DNA from: Marsupella aquatica
Taxonomy: Eukaryota > Plantae > Marchantiophyta
NCBI GenBank assembly: GCA_973895155.1
Contig: OZ316892.1
Span: forward strand, 16,668,357-16,732,356
Reading direction: 5' to 3'
DNA: 64,000 nucleotides
In this document: one piece after another, positions 37,494 through 51,200 of the stretch
How the letters are laid out: the number at the start of each line of letters is the position of its first letter
Numbering within the stretch: position 1 is the stretch's first letter
Program-made: the position numbers and the translations under genes
Notes under the pieces: generated by a model
What the model was told of the DNA's origin: nothing
The model's database searches: none
What the model saw: the letters and a program-made list of their open reading frames with translations, nothing else

Positions 37494-38236
37494 CTTGCAA
37501 TATACCACTGAAACCTAGACATGAATTTTTAGATGCTCGTTGGGCTAGGGGCTTGGGGGTTTCACTTCAACAAAGGAAATCCCATTTTGAGACTTATAAG
37601 GACATTAGAGTCCTTTTAACCAATTTTGTTTTGGAACATTCCAAGAATATTCTAATTTTACAGGGGTTGGATTTTTTTCCTTACATTTTAGGGGGTTTGA
37701 GGCCTAAAAACATTGCAAGTGATGGGGAGGCCTCCATATAGTGAGACCCCCAAGGCTAGGGGTTCTGTTTTTGGTCATCCCATAACTCATATGGCTGCAA
37801 AAAAAGGAAAAATTAATAAGAATAAATAAAAATAAAATGGCTGGCTGCATTAGAGTGCTCTTATTGGTCCTCGCTTACAATAATGAGGCAGTAGCTTCAA
37901 TAAGCCCAATCGTTGGAACACACAATTATATCCAGTTGGCAAGAGGCCATTCTCTTGTGCAGAAATGTATGAAGAGGGCATTCTAATCTCAAAATTTTCA
38001 TGGACCTTAACTCGTTGGTTATTGTCACAGACAGAAAGGGTTATGGAATGCCAAATTCATGATCCATACATTACTTTTTCCTATAAACAAAGACCATAAG
38101 CCATGGCACTGTTTTACAATTGTTTTTCCCTACCCTCTATAGCCTGTCTGGAAACTTTGGCAATTTTCTTTGAGACTCTTGCTTAGACTTTATCAAAGTT
38201 CAAAGTACTTATGTGAGGTCTTGTGGATATGTATTA

Positions 38237-38447
38237 CGAGCCCTATGCCTGTGCTTTGCACGGTGCAATGAGGGCTGGCCCACAGGGCTGGAGGGCTGAG
38301 AGGCAAGAGAGGGCAAGTGGTAATCGAATCGAATGGATACAAAAATCCTCTAAAATATCTAACGGCCAGTTTTGATTCCCGCCAATTCTATATTTCATAA
38401 CGGGATGAAGGATGAAAAAAGGCGGGATCACTTATTATAGTTGTAGA
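38237..38447 (-). mobile_element. Short non-autonomous Helitron-like element (~210 bp)
   Basis: Minus strand starts A|TCTACAACTATAATAAG (Helitron-like 5' TC end). Near the 3' end is the hairpin CCGTGC-AAA-GCACAGG, followed ~7 nt later by CTCG|T (canonical is CTRR|T). It sits between A and T with no TSD. Confidence 0.5.
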
Positions 38448-40399
38448 TGTCATAGCTGGCCATCAATGACCAATTTGGTTGGGTTGCACAACAATTTCCC
38501 CCGACTTTGTTTTTTTACTAATACAAACCTTTCTGTCTCATCATGTTTTAGGCCCCCTAACTGCTGTTTTGGCTTGCTAAAAAAATTCTAGCCATCCCCA
38601 TAAGCAGGACCTAGCCCTCAAATAGGCTGCCACACTTGTTTAAAAACAATTTTGGGGCTATAACTTGTTTGAGACCATATTTTGTTATATAAACCTAGTT
38701 TTTTCAATAAACTGGGGAGGAAACCAGGTTGTTTTTTCTCTGTCTTTTGATTAGATTGAAGGATTTCCCCCACCTAAGAGCTCCGGGGGGTGGCCTGGCT
38801 TGTTGTCTCCTCAACTTCCCTTCACCTTGCCCCCCCCCCACCCCATCCCCCACACACACACACCAAAAACCAAACCAAATAAGGGGTTTTGAACAGCCAT
38901 GTCCAGCATGGCAACGCGATAGCAGTAATGGTATGCCTGATACGTCATGTCTAGTGTAGTGTGAAGCTTTGACAAGAAAGATGGGCTTGCCCAAACACGG
39001 TTAACCCTTAGCAAAAAACAAGAAAGAAAGATGTGACACAAGCCAAGCACTGTACAACTGGATCTTAACAGCAGATTAATGTTATTGTATCAACTTCCTA
39101 CAGGACAAGATACTAAAGCAGATTTTGGGATCAGTATCCTGTATATTGTTCGCAACTCAGCTATTTATTACTGCACATACACCCAAAACATCTTAGCCAT
39201 TAATGTAGGAGGCTTCCAAAAATTGACACATCATTAAATTGTGGCAATTTCAGTGAGAGGGCTAGGTCGTTAGCCATTGTTATAGGAGGTTTGAGGTGAA
39301 TCAAATTACCCTAAATTCATTAAAAACTGTAATAAGCACTCCCTTTTTTTGGCCCAGGCTGCCTTACAAATGTGCAGTGCCAAACAAATCTGGGAATGAA
39401 CCAAATAAATAGAAGAAACAAAGAATTGGAAAAGGATCGAGGAGAAAGTGGAGGGGGGAGTTTCAGGGAGTACTTGTACTCTTCAATCCTCCCACCTCTC
39501 AGGCCAGTACTTTTGCCAATTGCACCAAGTTGCACACATGGTTCACGTATGTAAACATGGTTCACCTATGTAAATTCTTAGTATCCTGTTTGTGACATTT
39601 GCCAAAGACTACTAAAGGAAAATGAGATCAAGTTTATTAGTGTCAAGTGTGCCATCCTTCAGTATGTTCTTATAAAATCTCAGATAAATACTCTTATTAG
39701 CCTATGCCCAAGTGCCTGCTTTGTAACAATTTGTTTTACATACAATGTCTTTTCCTTCATGACGTCTTTTATACAATGTATTTTACACAATGAATCCATA
39801 CATATATTAGGGGGTACGGGAATACGTCACAAGATGCAAATGCTGGCGGGGGGAACAGGAAGTTGTAACAAGACACAGAGTGTGCGCATGCAACTCCTTG
39901 GAACCCTGGCTTTCCCTTTAGACCAGGCCTTTCAAAGCTATGGCAAGGGTGCTGAATAATACTGTTTGTGCCAATAAGGTGCACGATACTGCACATAACA
40001 ATAAGGTTTGGGGCCATTTTGGGAGCTTATCACAATACTGAACTGCCAAAAATTGAAAATTGAAAAAATGTGTGCAGCACACGAAAGGGTGAGAACAAAA
40101 AAAACAGAAAGGCCAAAGCCACCTTCCCCACGGTCCCCACTGTTCCAGACAATGACTGTTCCAGACAATGCGGCCCCCACTCAACTAATCCTTTTGGGAC
40201 TAAATAGCCCCACTATCATTTAAAACTTCTTTCTGGGTTATTCTAATTTACTCATTTTCTTCTTTCCTGGGAAGACCCTCCTTGTCTATTTACTAAATGG
40301 GTCCAGATGAATTTTGCATCAAACTTGACCAGATATTTGCATACCCTTTTGTTCCTGATGCATGCTTAGTAGGAGCATTTCCCGACCGTGTGCTGCTAT

Positions 40400-41102
40400 T
40401 GGGACAATTTTGAGGGGCCATTATTGGTGGTTAATGGCACACCCTCCCTCAAGAAGAAACTATTTACACCCATTCATTGGCTGCCATTCAGCCTAGCATA
40501 CTTTGAGCTTCTGCCATCAAAATGCTTTCTGAAGGAGAACCCATGTGGCAACAAAAGCAGAATCCGTTGCTATATCTGAAACACTTACAATTTGTGTTTG
40601 GAACCCCGTTTGGAAAAGATGGAACATTCATTTGCAGTTTTCTTCTTTAAAGTGGATTTCAGACAGTTCACATTTTGTGGAATGTACGTGGTAAATAACA
40701 GTAGTTGCTTCATCCACAGAAGAAAAGTTGATCTCACCAGAGAACTCCAACATTTAAATAGAGCTGAATATTTGGAAAATAGGAAGCAGCTTAGAGAGAG
40801 AAATAGGAATGTCTCTGAAAACACGGGTGAGTGTAAGAATAGCATGCAGTTTTTGAATAGCTCTCCAAATGAGCAGGACTTTTTGAGTTGCAGGCTCCAG
40901 AATAGTTGTGGGCAGAAAATTGAGCAGGACTGAAATTTGAGAGGGCTACATTGTCGTGGCTCTTGTCTCATAGCCAGACTACTTGGATGTTTCTTTGTGT
41001 CAGCTTGCCCACTTGTTCCCTTTGCGTGGATGGCTTTTGTCCCCTTGATTGGTATTGACAGGGCCCTGTGTCTCTCTTAAATTCGAAATTAATAAAATAA
41101 AA
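40400..41102 (+). mobile_element. Possible decayed LINE 3' fragment
   Basis: Broken frame C....LEKMEHSF resembles the L1 C-terminal zinc-binding region. It ends in an A-rich tail (AATAAAATAAAA). Weak. Confidence 0.25.
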
Positions 41103-41249
41103 CTAGCTGCTCAGTCCAAAATATTATAGTGCATTCAATTGGAGAGAGCCATGTAGTTCATGCTTTGGTGTGGTGGAGTGTAACCTAGATAGCTTTCCCC
41201 GTGAAAAACTCAGCATCAAGATGCTCATTGTTTTTTAGAAATTAAAGGA

Positions 41250-41485
41250 GAGAAAGACAAGAAGATAATTCATTTTCAGGATGTTCAATCGTAGAGAAAT
41301 GAGCAAAGACAAGGAGATAATTTGTTTAGGATGGTCAATCTTTCAGAAAAGAGAAGGAGAAGGAGACTGAATGATATTTTGTTTCGGATGGTCAATCTTT
41401 GAGAAAGGTGAAAGAGAAGGAGACTGAAAGATAATTTGTTTAAGATGTTTAATCTTTGAGAAAATGACACAAAGACAAGGAGACA
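41250..41485. repeat. Degenerate ~55-60-bp tandem repeat, about 4 copies
   Basis: Recurrent AAGGAGA...GATAATTTGTTT.GGATGGTCAATCTTTGAGAAA. Confidence 0.8.
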
Positions 41486-43247
41486 AACTGTATCAGCAAT
41501 CTAAATGCAAAGACCTCGAAGACATTGGTAGTTGAAAGTTGTGAGACTCCTGGTGCAATGCAAATGAAAAACGTTACATGGAGAGGGGCAAGGTAGAATG
41601 TGATATGCGTTTGTCTAATTCAACAAGGTGGCATGAAAGCAAACTACATGTGATGGGTAATAGATGTATGAAGATACTGTTGAGTTTTTTTTAGAAGTCA
41701 CATAATCCGTTGGTCAATCCTTAGCGACAAGTTGGGGGGGATGCCAATTCCACCTCATGAACTTACTATGTGCACACCAATTCTGTCAATTCAATAGGAA
41801 GAGAGACTCTCAAATTATAGCCCTTAAACAATATTTTGCAATGTGAGTTGACTCGGGGTGCATTAAATGGTCCCGTGCCTTATCATGATGCCATCTTGAA
41901 TGAATTCAAAGCTACAGGGTCAGAGTTCCCGGTCTCCAACTCCTTTTCCAGTAACCATATCATCCATGACTCTCTTAACAATTGGCAGTTTAACGAATTC
42001 TTCCTATGATAACTAAGTACTCTTCCGAAGAACATCCTCACTTTCCCCAGAACTTCGGGTTGTGTTTGTGGAAGAATCTTTGGCCTGGCGCATTCAATAG
42101 AATTTCAATCACAAAAGTTTTCATGTGTTGGAGTTCAGTCCACTTTACAGGGGACATGAACAAAACTATTGCTAGCCAAGTTTTGTAAGGAGAAAATGAC
42201 AATAAGTTACTACTATAATCCATGTCCGGCCAGCATTTAATAAATGGATTCATTAACTGCAATACTACTGCCACTGACTGCTTTCAGGTTGTTTGGACTT
42301 TTGATTCTTTCGAGCATTAACTTGAAGAAAAGGCTCTTTTGTCCTGCAGGTTGCCCTCATCTATGGGGTTCGCAAAAGGAATTAATCAAAAATTAGAAAG
42401 TTGGATTTAAAAGAAAAGGCAAAGAGCTATGAGATTCATGGCAAGGGGCAGTTCATTTCATTTATGTGGGGACAGGGGGTGGGGAGGGCTTCAAGAAGAA
42501 AACCCCTGAAATAAATCTTTCTTGAGAATTGTGGCCACACACAATCTTATTTCATAGAGCCACAACTGAAAGAGGACCACGACATGCTTGAAAGAGGACT
42601 CCTTTGAACTCTTGCGTAAACACTATCAAGTTACAAAGCAAAACAGAAGGCTGATATGAGAAAAGCCTTTATGCTATGCTCAATGTTATGTGAACTTAAA
42701 CTAGCAAGCTGAAATAATCACATCTTATTGCTTAGTGCACTTATCCTAATAATGCAATAAGAGTATTTATTGCGTAGTGCACTTCAGACACAATTTCTGT
42801 ACTTAAATAAATATATTATGTTGTTCGTTCTCTCTATCAGGAGCAGCAAGCAGTAAGTGAAAGCCATTAATTTTGGCTACATGCAAGAGTATATTGGAAT
42901 CTCACCAGGACTACAGAAGCTCTCCTCACTTCCCCCCAGTTTTCTTTTTGTCAGCACCTCCCTTTTTCGAAACTTCTTGCTTAATATCCTGATAGAAAAA
43001 ACTTTTCACATTCATAAAATTTCTTCATTAAGGAAAATAAATCTTTCCTTTCCAGTTTTGGTATGTTCATAGAAAAAGGACAACTTTTCTTATTAGAGCA
43101 GAATAAATTTCCATAGACAAACGGTAACAAAACAGCCATTAATGAATGAGGCACCCAAAAAACATTCTAGTCTCCAGTCTAATAGAGAAACACAACTTAA
43201 CTAAAAATTCACAAAAGAAGTACCAATTGTTAAATTATGCATAAATT

Positions 43248-46200
43248 TCAGTTATAGACCTTGGTGCAAACATAGACATAATGCAAGTCTGGGTCTTCGA
43301 GGGAAAACTGTGGACCAAGACTGCCATCTTCATTCAACAAGACTGGATCTGTGATAACTCTGGAAGAGCTCTCTGCTGCTCTCTTTGAACCTGGCCTGGC
43401 TGTCACCACAGCGAATGAAACATTGGTTTGATCCAATGGACCATTTGCAAGCATTGATCGTATCTTGACTTCATTTGAATTACGGATTCCTCAGGCTTTC
43501 AAGCAAGTACAGGGGAAAATTACCCCGTGATAGCTAGTCTACTAACCAGCACATGAAGAAAAGTTAGGAGAGAATTACGAATAACATGTAAGAGAATACT
43601 CCAATTAATCTCTGGACCTTTCAGATGTGTCAGGCGAACTCTAGGATCACCATATGTAATCTGCATGCACAAATTGCCTGCCCCTTACAATATATTCATT
43701 TGAAGTAAGGGAGCTGCTTAAACTAAAACCAGAACAACTTAATAACCTAAGAGACATAAAATTGCATGAAAGTAAGAAACCCTCTTACCAACAAGATTGG
43801 GTGCATTCAAAACAGAAGAAACATACCAGCATATATACACCTCCAGGCCTCAGGACTCTGGGACACACAATACCCACAACAGCAGCAACTTACGATAAGG
43901 ATAATGCGTGTACACTAAGATAAACACAATTTAACAGCTCAAGTGAGGAGATAAATTATGCCATGAATGATGTGCGACTAAATAAGCAAGAAATGCAGTT
44001 ATATAACATTCTGCTGATAACTTCAGTGACCACAAGGATGATGGAGCTTTTATAATCCCAATACAAATGATTTGTCAAACAAAGGGACTTTCTTCCCAAG
44101 GACCATAAGGCTCCTTATGCAGTGCATATTTTTGCATATTTTTGCATATTTTTGCCAAGTTTGTTCCCGTGTTTGTAGGTTTGACTCCATGCACTCAGTA
44201 ATGATAGAGACCTGCAGACCTCCTCCAACATCCTTGCAGCACTGTATGGTGCACTTGCTCCACACTGCGAACAAATTTCTAGAGTCTTAACTCTTGGGGA
44301 AAGAATTTTTGCAACCATCATCCCATGAGATGGATCTAAAGGATAAATGATGAATGAAATACCCCAGAAGAGATTCCTACACCCATTCCTACAACGATGG
44401 GGTTAAATCACTAAATGTAAAACCCAAGAAGAGAGTTCTACAATGACAGGGGTCAAACCAGGTGAAGCAAATGAGATACAATGAAAGCAAAACCTTGAGC
44501 AAGAATTCTAAACTCTATATCATTGTCTACTCCTCTGCAGAGGCTATACATCCCGCTATATATCTACTCAAGCAGTAAACATATGATCAACAAAAGAAAA
44601 ATACCCATTGATCAGAAATCTAATAAATAAGTCCTTTGGTTCATGACCTGGTGATTAATGAGGCAAAATAACTGTTAAATTAAATCATTATTGTTGGTAA
44701 ATCTTTTATCGCTACATGGGGAATGTAGAGAACACTGGTAGTCTTGAAGCACCATGAGATGGAGCTATTACCATCAAAGAATCAAACATGCCTAGGATGG
44801 TCCTTGCACAAAGCAGCCAAAGCAAGGCAGAGATATTAGCTAAACCAAATCATAGATCATTCATTTTCTTTGAACTAAGCAATGACAAAATTTGTACTTA
44901 TACACAGACCCAAAGTCTGCCTAATGGTTACTACTCTAGTGTGAGAATGGGAGGTCCCCAATTGAACCCTTGCCGGATAAGAAACTTAAATTCTCCTTGT
45001 TCATTAACCATAAATGGCTGGTGACTGTATGCTTCCACAGATAGGCCTAAAATGACAGAGTAACTGGAAAAGACAATAGTTAATAAAGTACCTTTGTCGA
45101 TGACAGCATCAAACGTGGCATCTTTGAACATCTTCATCTCTCGTACATCAAGTCTTAGGTCTAAATCTTATGTTTAAGGCAAACTATATCCACATGTTCC
45201 TGCCTTTTACCTTACCTACTGCAGTCTTCCTGAACAATTGACTTATATCACATTGGTAAAATAGGGATACAGCTAAGTTGAGGGACATCTTTGTATTTCT
45301 TCTGCATCACATCAATGACCACAGCCGATATGTCCACATTCACAATATCTTGATAGCCATCATTAACCATGTCCTCTGATATCACTGTTCAGCAAACCAG
45401 ATAAATACTTAGAATCAGAGTCATCCAACTTGCTCAATTGTTGGCTGAACTTTGTGCAGGTGGGGCCCAAAAATGGCCTCCGCCAGACTTGACAATACTT
45501 CATACAATACATCTGCCAGACAGTATTCTTCGTGCCCAAACCTATTGCACTGGTAGACACACTTAACTCTCACACTGGGTAGACAAATCTATGGCAGCCT
45601 TTGTAAATTTCCTTGTCACTGCAGCAGTATTGTCAGACTCTTCTTTGGACTATACATCACCACTTTGATCACTTCCATAGTTTTTGAGATGCTAAAAATT
45701 CACATGATTTGCTTCAGCTACTTTAAAGAGCTTTTACAATAACACAAAAGTGCCTGATAAGTTTACCCTAAATTGTGTAGGAAGTCCATGTTTACAAACC
45801 CTATGCTTATAATCATGGCACTTAGATTATGCACATGACTGCTTAGATTATGATTTCCAGCCAATTCATGAGATTGCTTTGCTACAAAGTCTATGTAATT
45901 CTAAGAATCTAGTAAGAAACTTGGACTGAACATATGCTATGGTTTGAATAACTCATTACATAAATGGTGTCTTAGTGCTGAAGGAACTTTTCCACCCCAA
46001 TCTTCCCTATCATAAGTTTTTGCCTATGCGACCCTGCAACATCAAAATAAAAGAGTTCGCACTTTTCACCTGCATTGCCGCAGCCAACCATCAATATTCG
46101 ATTTGTCTTAAGGACATACTTGTTTATTAGAGGAGATAATCCTGAATATCGTTGGTACCAATCAAATGACCCCGCATCATTAGTGTAACGATTGTCCCAG

Positions 46201-46250
46201 TATGCCTCATCTCCATATGCCTGAGGATGGTGGGTTTTTCCTTTTGTCAT
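43248..46250 (-). CDS. Class I SAM-dependent methyltransferase, EEF1AKMT4/METTL13-N family (at least 8 exons)
   Basis: AYGDEAYWDNRY..SFDWYQRY..ILMVGCGNA | ISEDMVNDGYQDIVNVDIS | LDVREMKMFKDATFDAVIDK | 20-bp micro-exon 44772-44791 GMFDSLM | CGASAPYSAARMLEEVCR | VLRPGGVYML | ITYGDPRVRL | ..EDPDLHYVYVCTK. All borders are GT-AG. The 3' end may extend via an exon at ~42990-42905. Confidence 0.92.
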
Positions 46251-48268
46251 ATTGGGGGCTGTAGTGAAACAACTATAGCCCTCTCATTTTCTTGGCAGGT
46301 CCCATCAAGGTGACAAGCATTGGAACTCCACTTTGCACATCACCACTGTAGTTGCTCATATTAGTTGTTGACTCAAGCCGACAGCTTCTTGATTGCAATT
46401 AATTGTAAGAACACACAAAGATTCAGGAGCGAACTGGCTGTAAGGGATGGAGCCAAAAAAGGCCGGGACAGGGTACAGGTAAGGACAGAGAGGGATAATC
46501 ACCGACTACACGCAGTTCAAAAATGCAAGCACACTAAACAGGTGGTGGAGAAAGGAATGGACATGCACCAAGACAACCCAATTAGTAAAAAGCAATTATT
46601 GAGACATAAGCACTCAAACTATCTGGCCCACAGCCTACTTTACCTTCTCTTTGTCACTATGTCCGCGCTACCTCAGGAGCGGGCAAGAGTGACAGCCTTC
46701 CTAATCTATGTGCAACTCCAATGTTCTGCCATAAGTTTGGCCCTCACCTCCAGTAGATTTCAATGAGGATCACTTTCATAGAGAATGAAGGTGACCAGTT
46801 TCCTCCACTCATGCTTGTCTTTATCCAACTTTGAGTTCTCCATATGAAAGGCAGAATATAACTCTCCTAGGTACAGTAGATAGCCCAATCTGGTGTGGGT
46901 CATACTTTTGGAGAATTTATGTGTGGTAGTCCTGAGGAAATGCACAAAGATGTTTGGTAAATGATCCTTCCTTGGGGCAAGAAATGTAAAATTTGTCAAT
47001 TAGCCTGCCCGGCTCTCCGTGTTGTGATAGACTCTACCAGTACTCTAGTCCTGATGTAAACAATGTCCACCATATGCCTTGCCGGGCCTCTAGCCAATCC
47101 AGTGGGGTGAGAGTAATACCACAAATCATTCCCTTCATGGCACAACTGGGCTACTATTGTAAAAAGAGCATCTGCAGTGGTGACCTCAGTTGTTGTCACA
47201 AATCTGTGTCAGAAAATCAACAGCCATGTCGAGAAATAATAAAATTGGGAGATGCCCACACAGATGGCCTCAAGAGGTGTTCTAAAAAAAATCCTCTCAA
47301 CCCTGACGCACTATTGCTGAGAACAAAAATGGTGGCGCACTCAAAGCCCATCAGGAACCGTGATCTCCAACGTATCTCTTAACCCTTGCACTTAAGTAAA
47401 GGCAAGTTTGCCAAAAAATCCGGATCAACTTAGAATCCCGCCATATTCTCAATGCATGCACATCATTTTTTAGGTGAATGGTGGAGAAATGAAAAATATT
47501 GGACCATTTTAGCTAAACAAATTGAAATAATCTGCTGTAATCACAATATTGTGCAGGACACTACATTTCTTAACCCAAAAGTTCTTGTATAAAGTACTTT
47601 GGTTAGCTCGTAGTACTCATTTCACGTAGAGTACAATCCTATATATGAAAGAACATGATGTATTCGGGGGAGTTTCTAGTATTGGTGGCAGCTCATGAGT
47701 TCGCCATAGGGACTACAACTCACTCTAAACTCCCATTCAGATCTACGTTAAGGCCGTTGTACAGTGGCAGCCTTGGTTTAAACATGGTATCGCTGTGTGC
47801 ATTAACTTGGCCAGAAAAATGTGGACTGTGTGTATTCTGACGAGAATGATTTTTAATTGTAGGATAGGTTTTGGCCTTTGTCTGATACAAGATCATGGAA
47901 ACTATGTCAAAATGTAATCTCCTGGCAGTTTCTTTTAATTAAGTCTACCAGTATCCATGCACTTGTCTATTGTCGCTACCATAAGCCACACTAGACTTTT
48001 ATTACTTTGGTTAAAGCTCATTTCTCGCACAATATGGCAGAAGTTAGGTTTGGCCGGCATCACTGCATCCCACGTAGTAACACAAAGAAGAAGTCCATAA
48101 GGACATCAGAGGAGTTGTTCAAACAGTGTGGCATCTCTTGTGGTAGTATGGTACAACTAGGGGTGATAAACTTTTCTTCCAAATGTTTGCTGATGGAAAG
48201 TTAGCAAATTTTCAATGCATGCAACATGTTAGTCTAGAGCTGCTGAAAGTTTATTGTGAAGCTTAGTG

Positions 48269-51200
48269 ATGGCAGAGGGTGGAGAGGATGGCAATGGCCA
48301 GGCAGAAGAGAATTTGAATGCCAACTCAAGGGTCCCCAAGGAAAACCCCACACCTGCAAATATTGACCCTCCACCTCTGCCTCAGCCTGATTCCAAACCC
48401 CAAACCGAAGTGTTGGTTGCTTCCACCCCATCCAGCGTGACCTCTAATGGTGAATCTGACCCCCCCATTGTTCCTCCAGTTCCTCGCCCCTCCATAGCTG
48501 CTGCCCTTCGCAGAGGATCTTATTTTGGCGATGCTAATCCACGAAGAGCTTCCATTGCTGAAGTTCTTGCTGCTGCTCAGCCAAATCAAGAATTTGGACA
48601 CTCAGTTACTACTGAACAGACCTCATCTCCTCCTGAATCTGATGCAGCCTCCATAGGTTCAGAAGTGGAAGAAGACCAACAACTCACAAATGAATCTCGT
48701 GTATATATCATGGGATTCTTGCAAGGCATGTTGGAGCGCTGGGAACTCATGGCAATACTACCTGGAGCCAATTCGGTAATGACAAATTTATGCTTTCAGT
48801 GTATTAAGACATCCAACTGAAGCTTGTTGGAGCTTTTGGAAGATGAAAGGAAAAAACAGATTTTGGTCTTGGGCTTGCAAAATGCTTTTGTTACAAGAAA
48901 TAAGATAACACTAGAACTTCACACCCTAAATTGTACTTCATTGGCTTGATTCAAACGGAAGCATGGAATGCTTTACCTGAGTACGATCAGATACAAAATA
49001 AATAGTAATTCAGGTGTAGATAGCATAGTCAAATTCTCAGGGTCAACATTGAATTTTTGAATTCCTAGGGAGCATTGCGTTGGAATATGGATTTGTGTAA
49101 TTCAATCTCTGCATATAAAGTCAAGTAAGAGCACCACCTGGTCCTGGACCCACAGATCTGAGAATGATCTTTAAATAAGCTAGTTTGGCTTTGGAAGACA
49201 TTCATCCACCAAGAAAGCATGTAAACTTCTAACTGTTGCCCCATCCGATGTGTGATTGATGTGAATTTCTCCCAGAAAAAAGAAACTAGTTTGGACCTGG
49301 CAAGTGTCCCAGATGGTCTGCCAGAGCTAGCAACAAAGACAAAGTGGTTGAATGCCGCAAATTTAATTAAATATAGTTTGGGTGGCCATCCAAAGGTTTC
49401 CAAGTTTGATTTGGAGGTGGCTTATCTTACGAAAGTGATGACCATGACACTAAAAGAGGTATTTGTGTTTACTGCTAGTATTTCTATGAAATTAGGTTTT
49501 TATATATGGGTCATTCTCCATTTATACAAACCTAATTTCATATGGGTCCACCTCCATTTCGGAAGTCCTACTCTCAACAAGGAGATCTTTGCAATTGGAA
49601 TCCCTCCTTCTTATTATAGTGAATATCAAGGGGGCGTGGAGTCCCTCCAGAATGCTATTCTTCTCCTTCCCCCATTGTGTCTCCCCATCCCGCTTTGCCC
49701 CAACTCATAAAGTACAGTTAATGTGATCCTATCAGTTCTTTCCTTGAACATTATTGTAAGAGATGAATCCTCTGGCTTGCGGGCACACAACGCTGTTGAG
49801 AAATAACATTTTAAGTATTGTTTTGTGGTTGTCATGAATTGTTGTGTTTTTTGTACATTCCTAGAATTTACTATTACACTTGAATTATGAAGAAACCACA
49901 GATTGACAAGGATTACTTGTAGTTTTGAGCTCAAATTTAACAACGTGCATTTTTCCATGCACAGGTTCGGGACGCTTGCACTTTTTATAAACTGATCAAT
50001 GTCATTGAAGAGGATAGCCGCTCAGTGAAAATGCTTCCAGATAGCATTGCACATATAAAACATTTGAAAGGGAGCATGGAAGTTCTTAAAAATGTGATGG
50101 AGGCAGAGGCAGAGGCACACAAGGAGGCAAGGCGACAGTGGGCTAGAAATATTGTTCAAAGGAAATTGGTGCGTAGCTAGAAACCTATTATACTTACAAA
50201 GACATAAATTACCTGGAAGTAGTCATATTCCAATAGTCATCTGTAAAGTTCAAATTAGTCTTGGCAACAGTGACTGTAATAGCTCAGAAAAGACAGAGAA
50301 AATGGTTAAGCTTCTGAGCACATTGAGTTTCAAAACTGAGTGTCTTGTTCTAAGTCAATAGGGCCAAGAGAGCTTAACAATACTTGGTTCTTTGACACTT
50401 TTGAAAGAGTGATTATTTTGCTTCCTCTGCAAATTTCCGTTGGGCTTTGTTTCTTTTTCTTTGAGAAAACAGTTACCTTTCTAGGCCACCCTTTACTTGA
50501 CAGGGTTAGGTCCCCAATTCAATTTACCAAGTTTCGTCAGAGTAAGCTGGTTGTCCTATGGAATGTAGTTGAGAATTGATGCCATGCAATTGACTTTTGA
50601 TAAACTGAGTAAGGTGGCTTTTCAAGAGGTTGGGGATGCTTTCAAAAAAAAATTTGGTCTCCAATGTGTGATCAGGGCCCTCGTGATTAGTTGCTGTACG
50701 TTCATTTTGCAAGACCTTGGGGGCCTTTTCCTTCCAAACTATTCCCAATCCTATGTGGAAGGAAGTGGGGCCCAAATCTTGCTTATGTGGAGCAAACGTT
50801 TGTCCCATATTTTAGACCACCTCTCTTGGAGGTTCTTCATGTGGCGATTGATCTGTTCATATTTTAAGTCTTTGAAATTAAAAGGGGGCACACATGCTCC
50901 TCATCATATCTTCTCTTATCAGACTAAGAAGGGCTCTAGCCAACGAACTATGTGACTTTTAGGTAGAGTGGGTCCCAATTTGGTGTCCTAGCAAATTTTT
51001 CTAGCACCATTTGCTGCAATTAGCTTTACAATACATTGGGGGCCATAATACAATTCTAAATTCTCTTTTAGATCTGGTACATTATCTTTAGAATTGTTAG
51101 CTAATTGATCAGAAATTTAACATTCTAAACAACAACACTCAAACTGCTCTCAAGGTCTAGTGAAGCCACCCTTAGCTCAAGATGACATACCCAAACATTT

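Larger units (their letters stand above)
26136..37494. mobile_element. Mutator-like element (MULE) with long TIRs, carrying nested insertions
   Basis: TTGCAATAT directly flanks both ends (26127-26135 and 37495-37503), a 9-bp TSD. Left end CAGTTTTTTTTATCAACCTGTCCCCCTA matches the reverse complement of the right end. MuDR transposase remnants lie inside. Confidence 0.9.
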
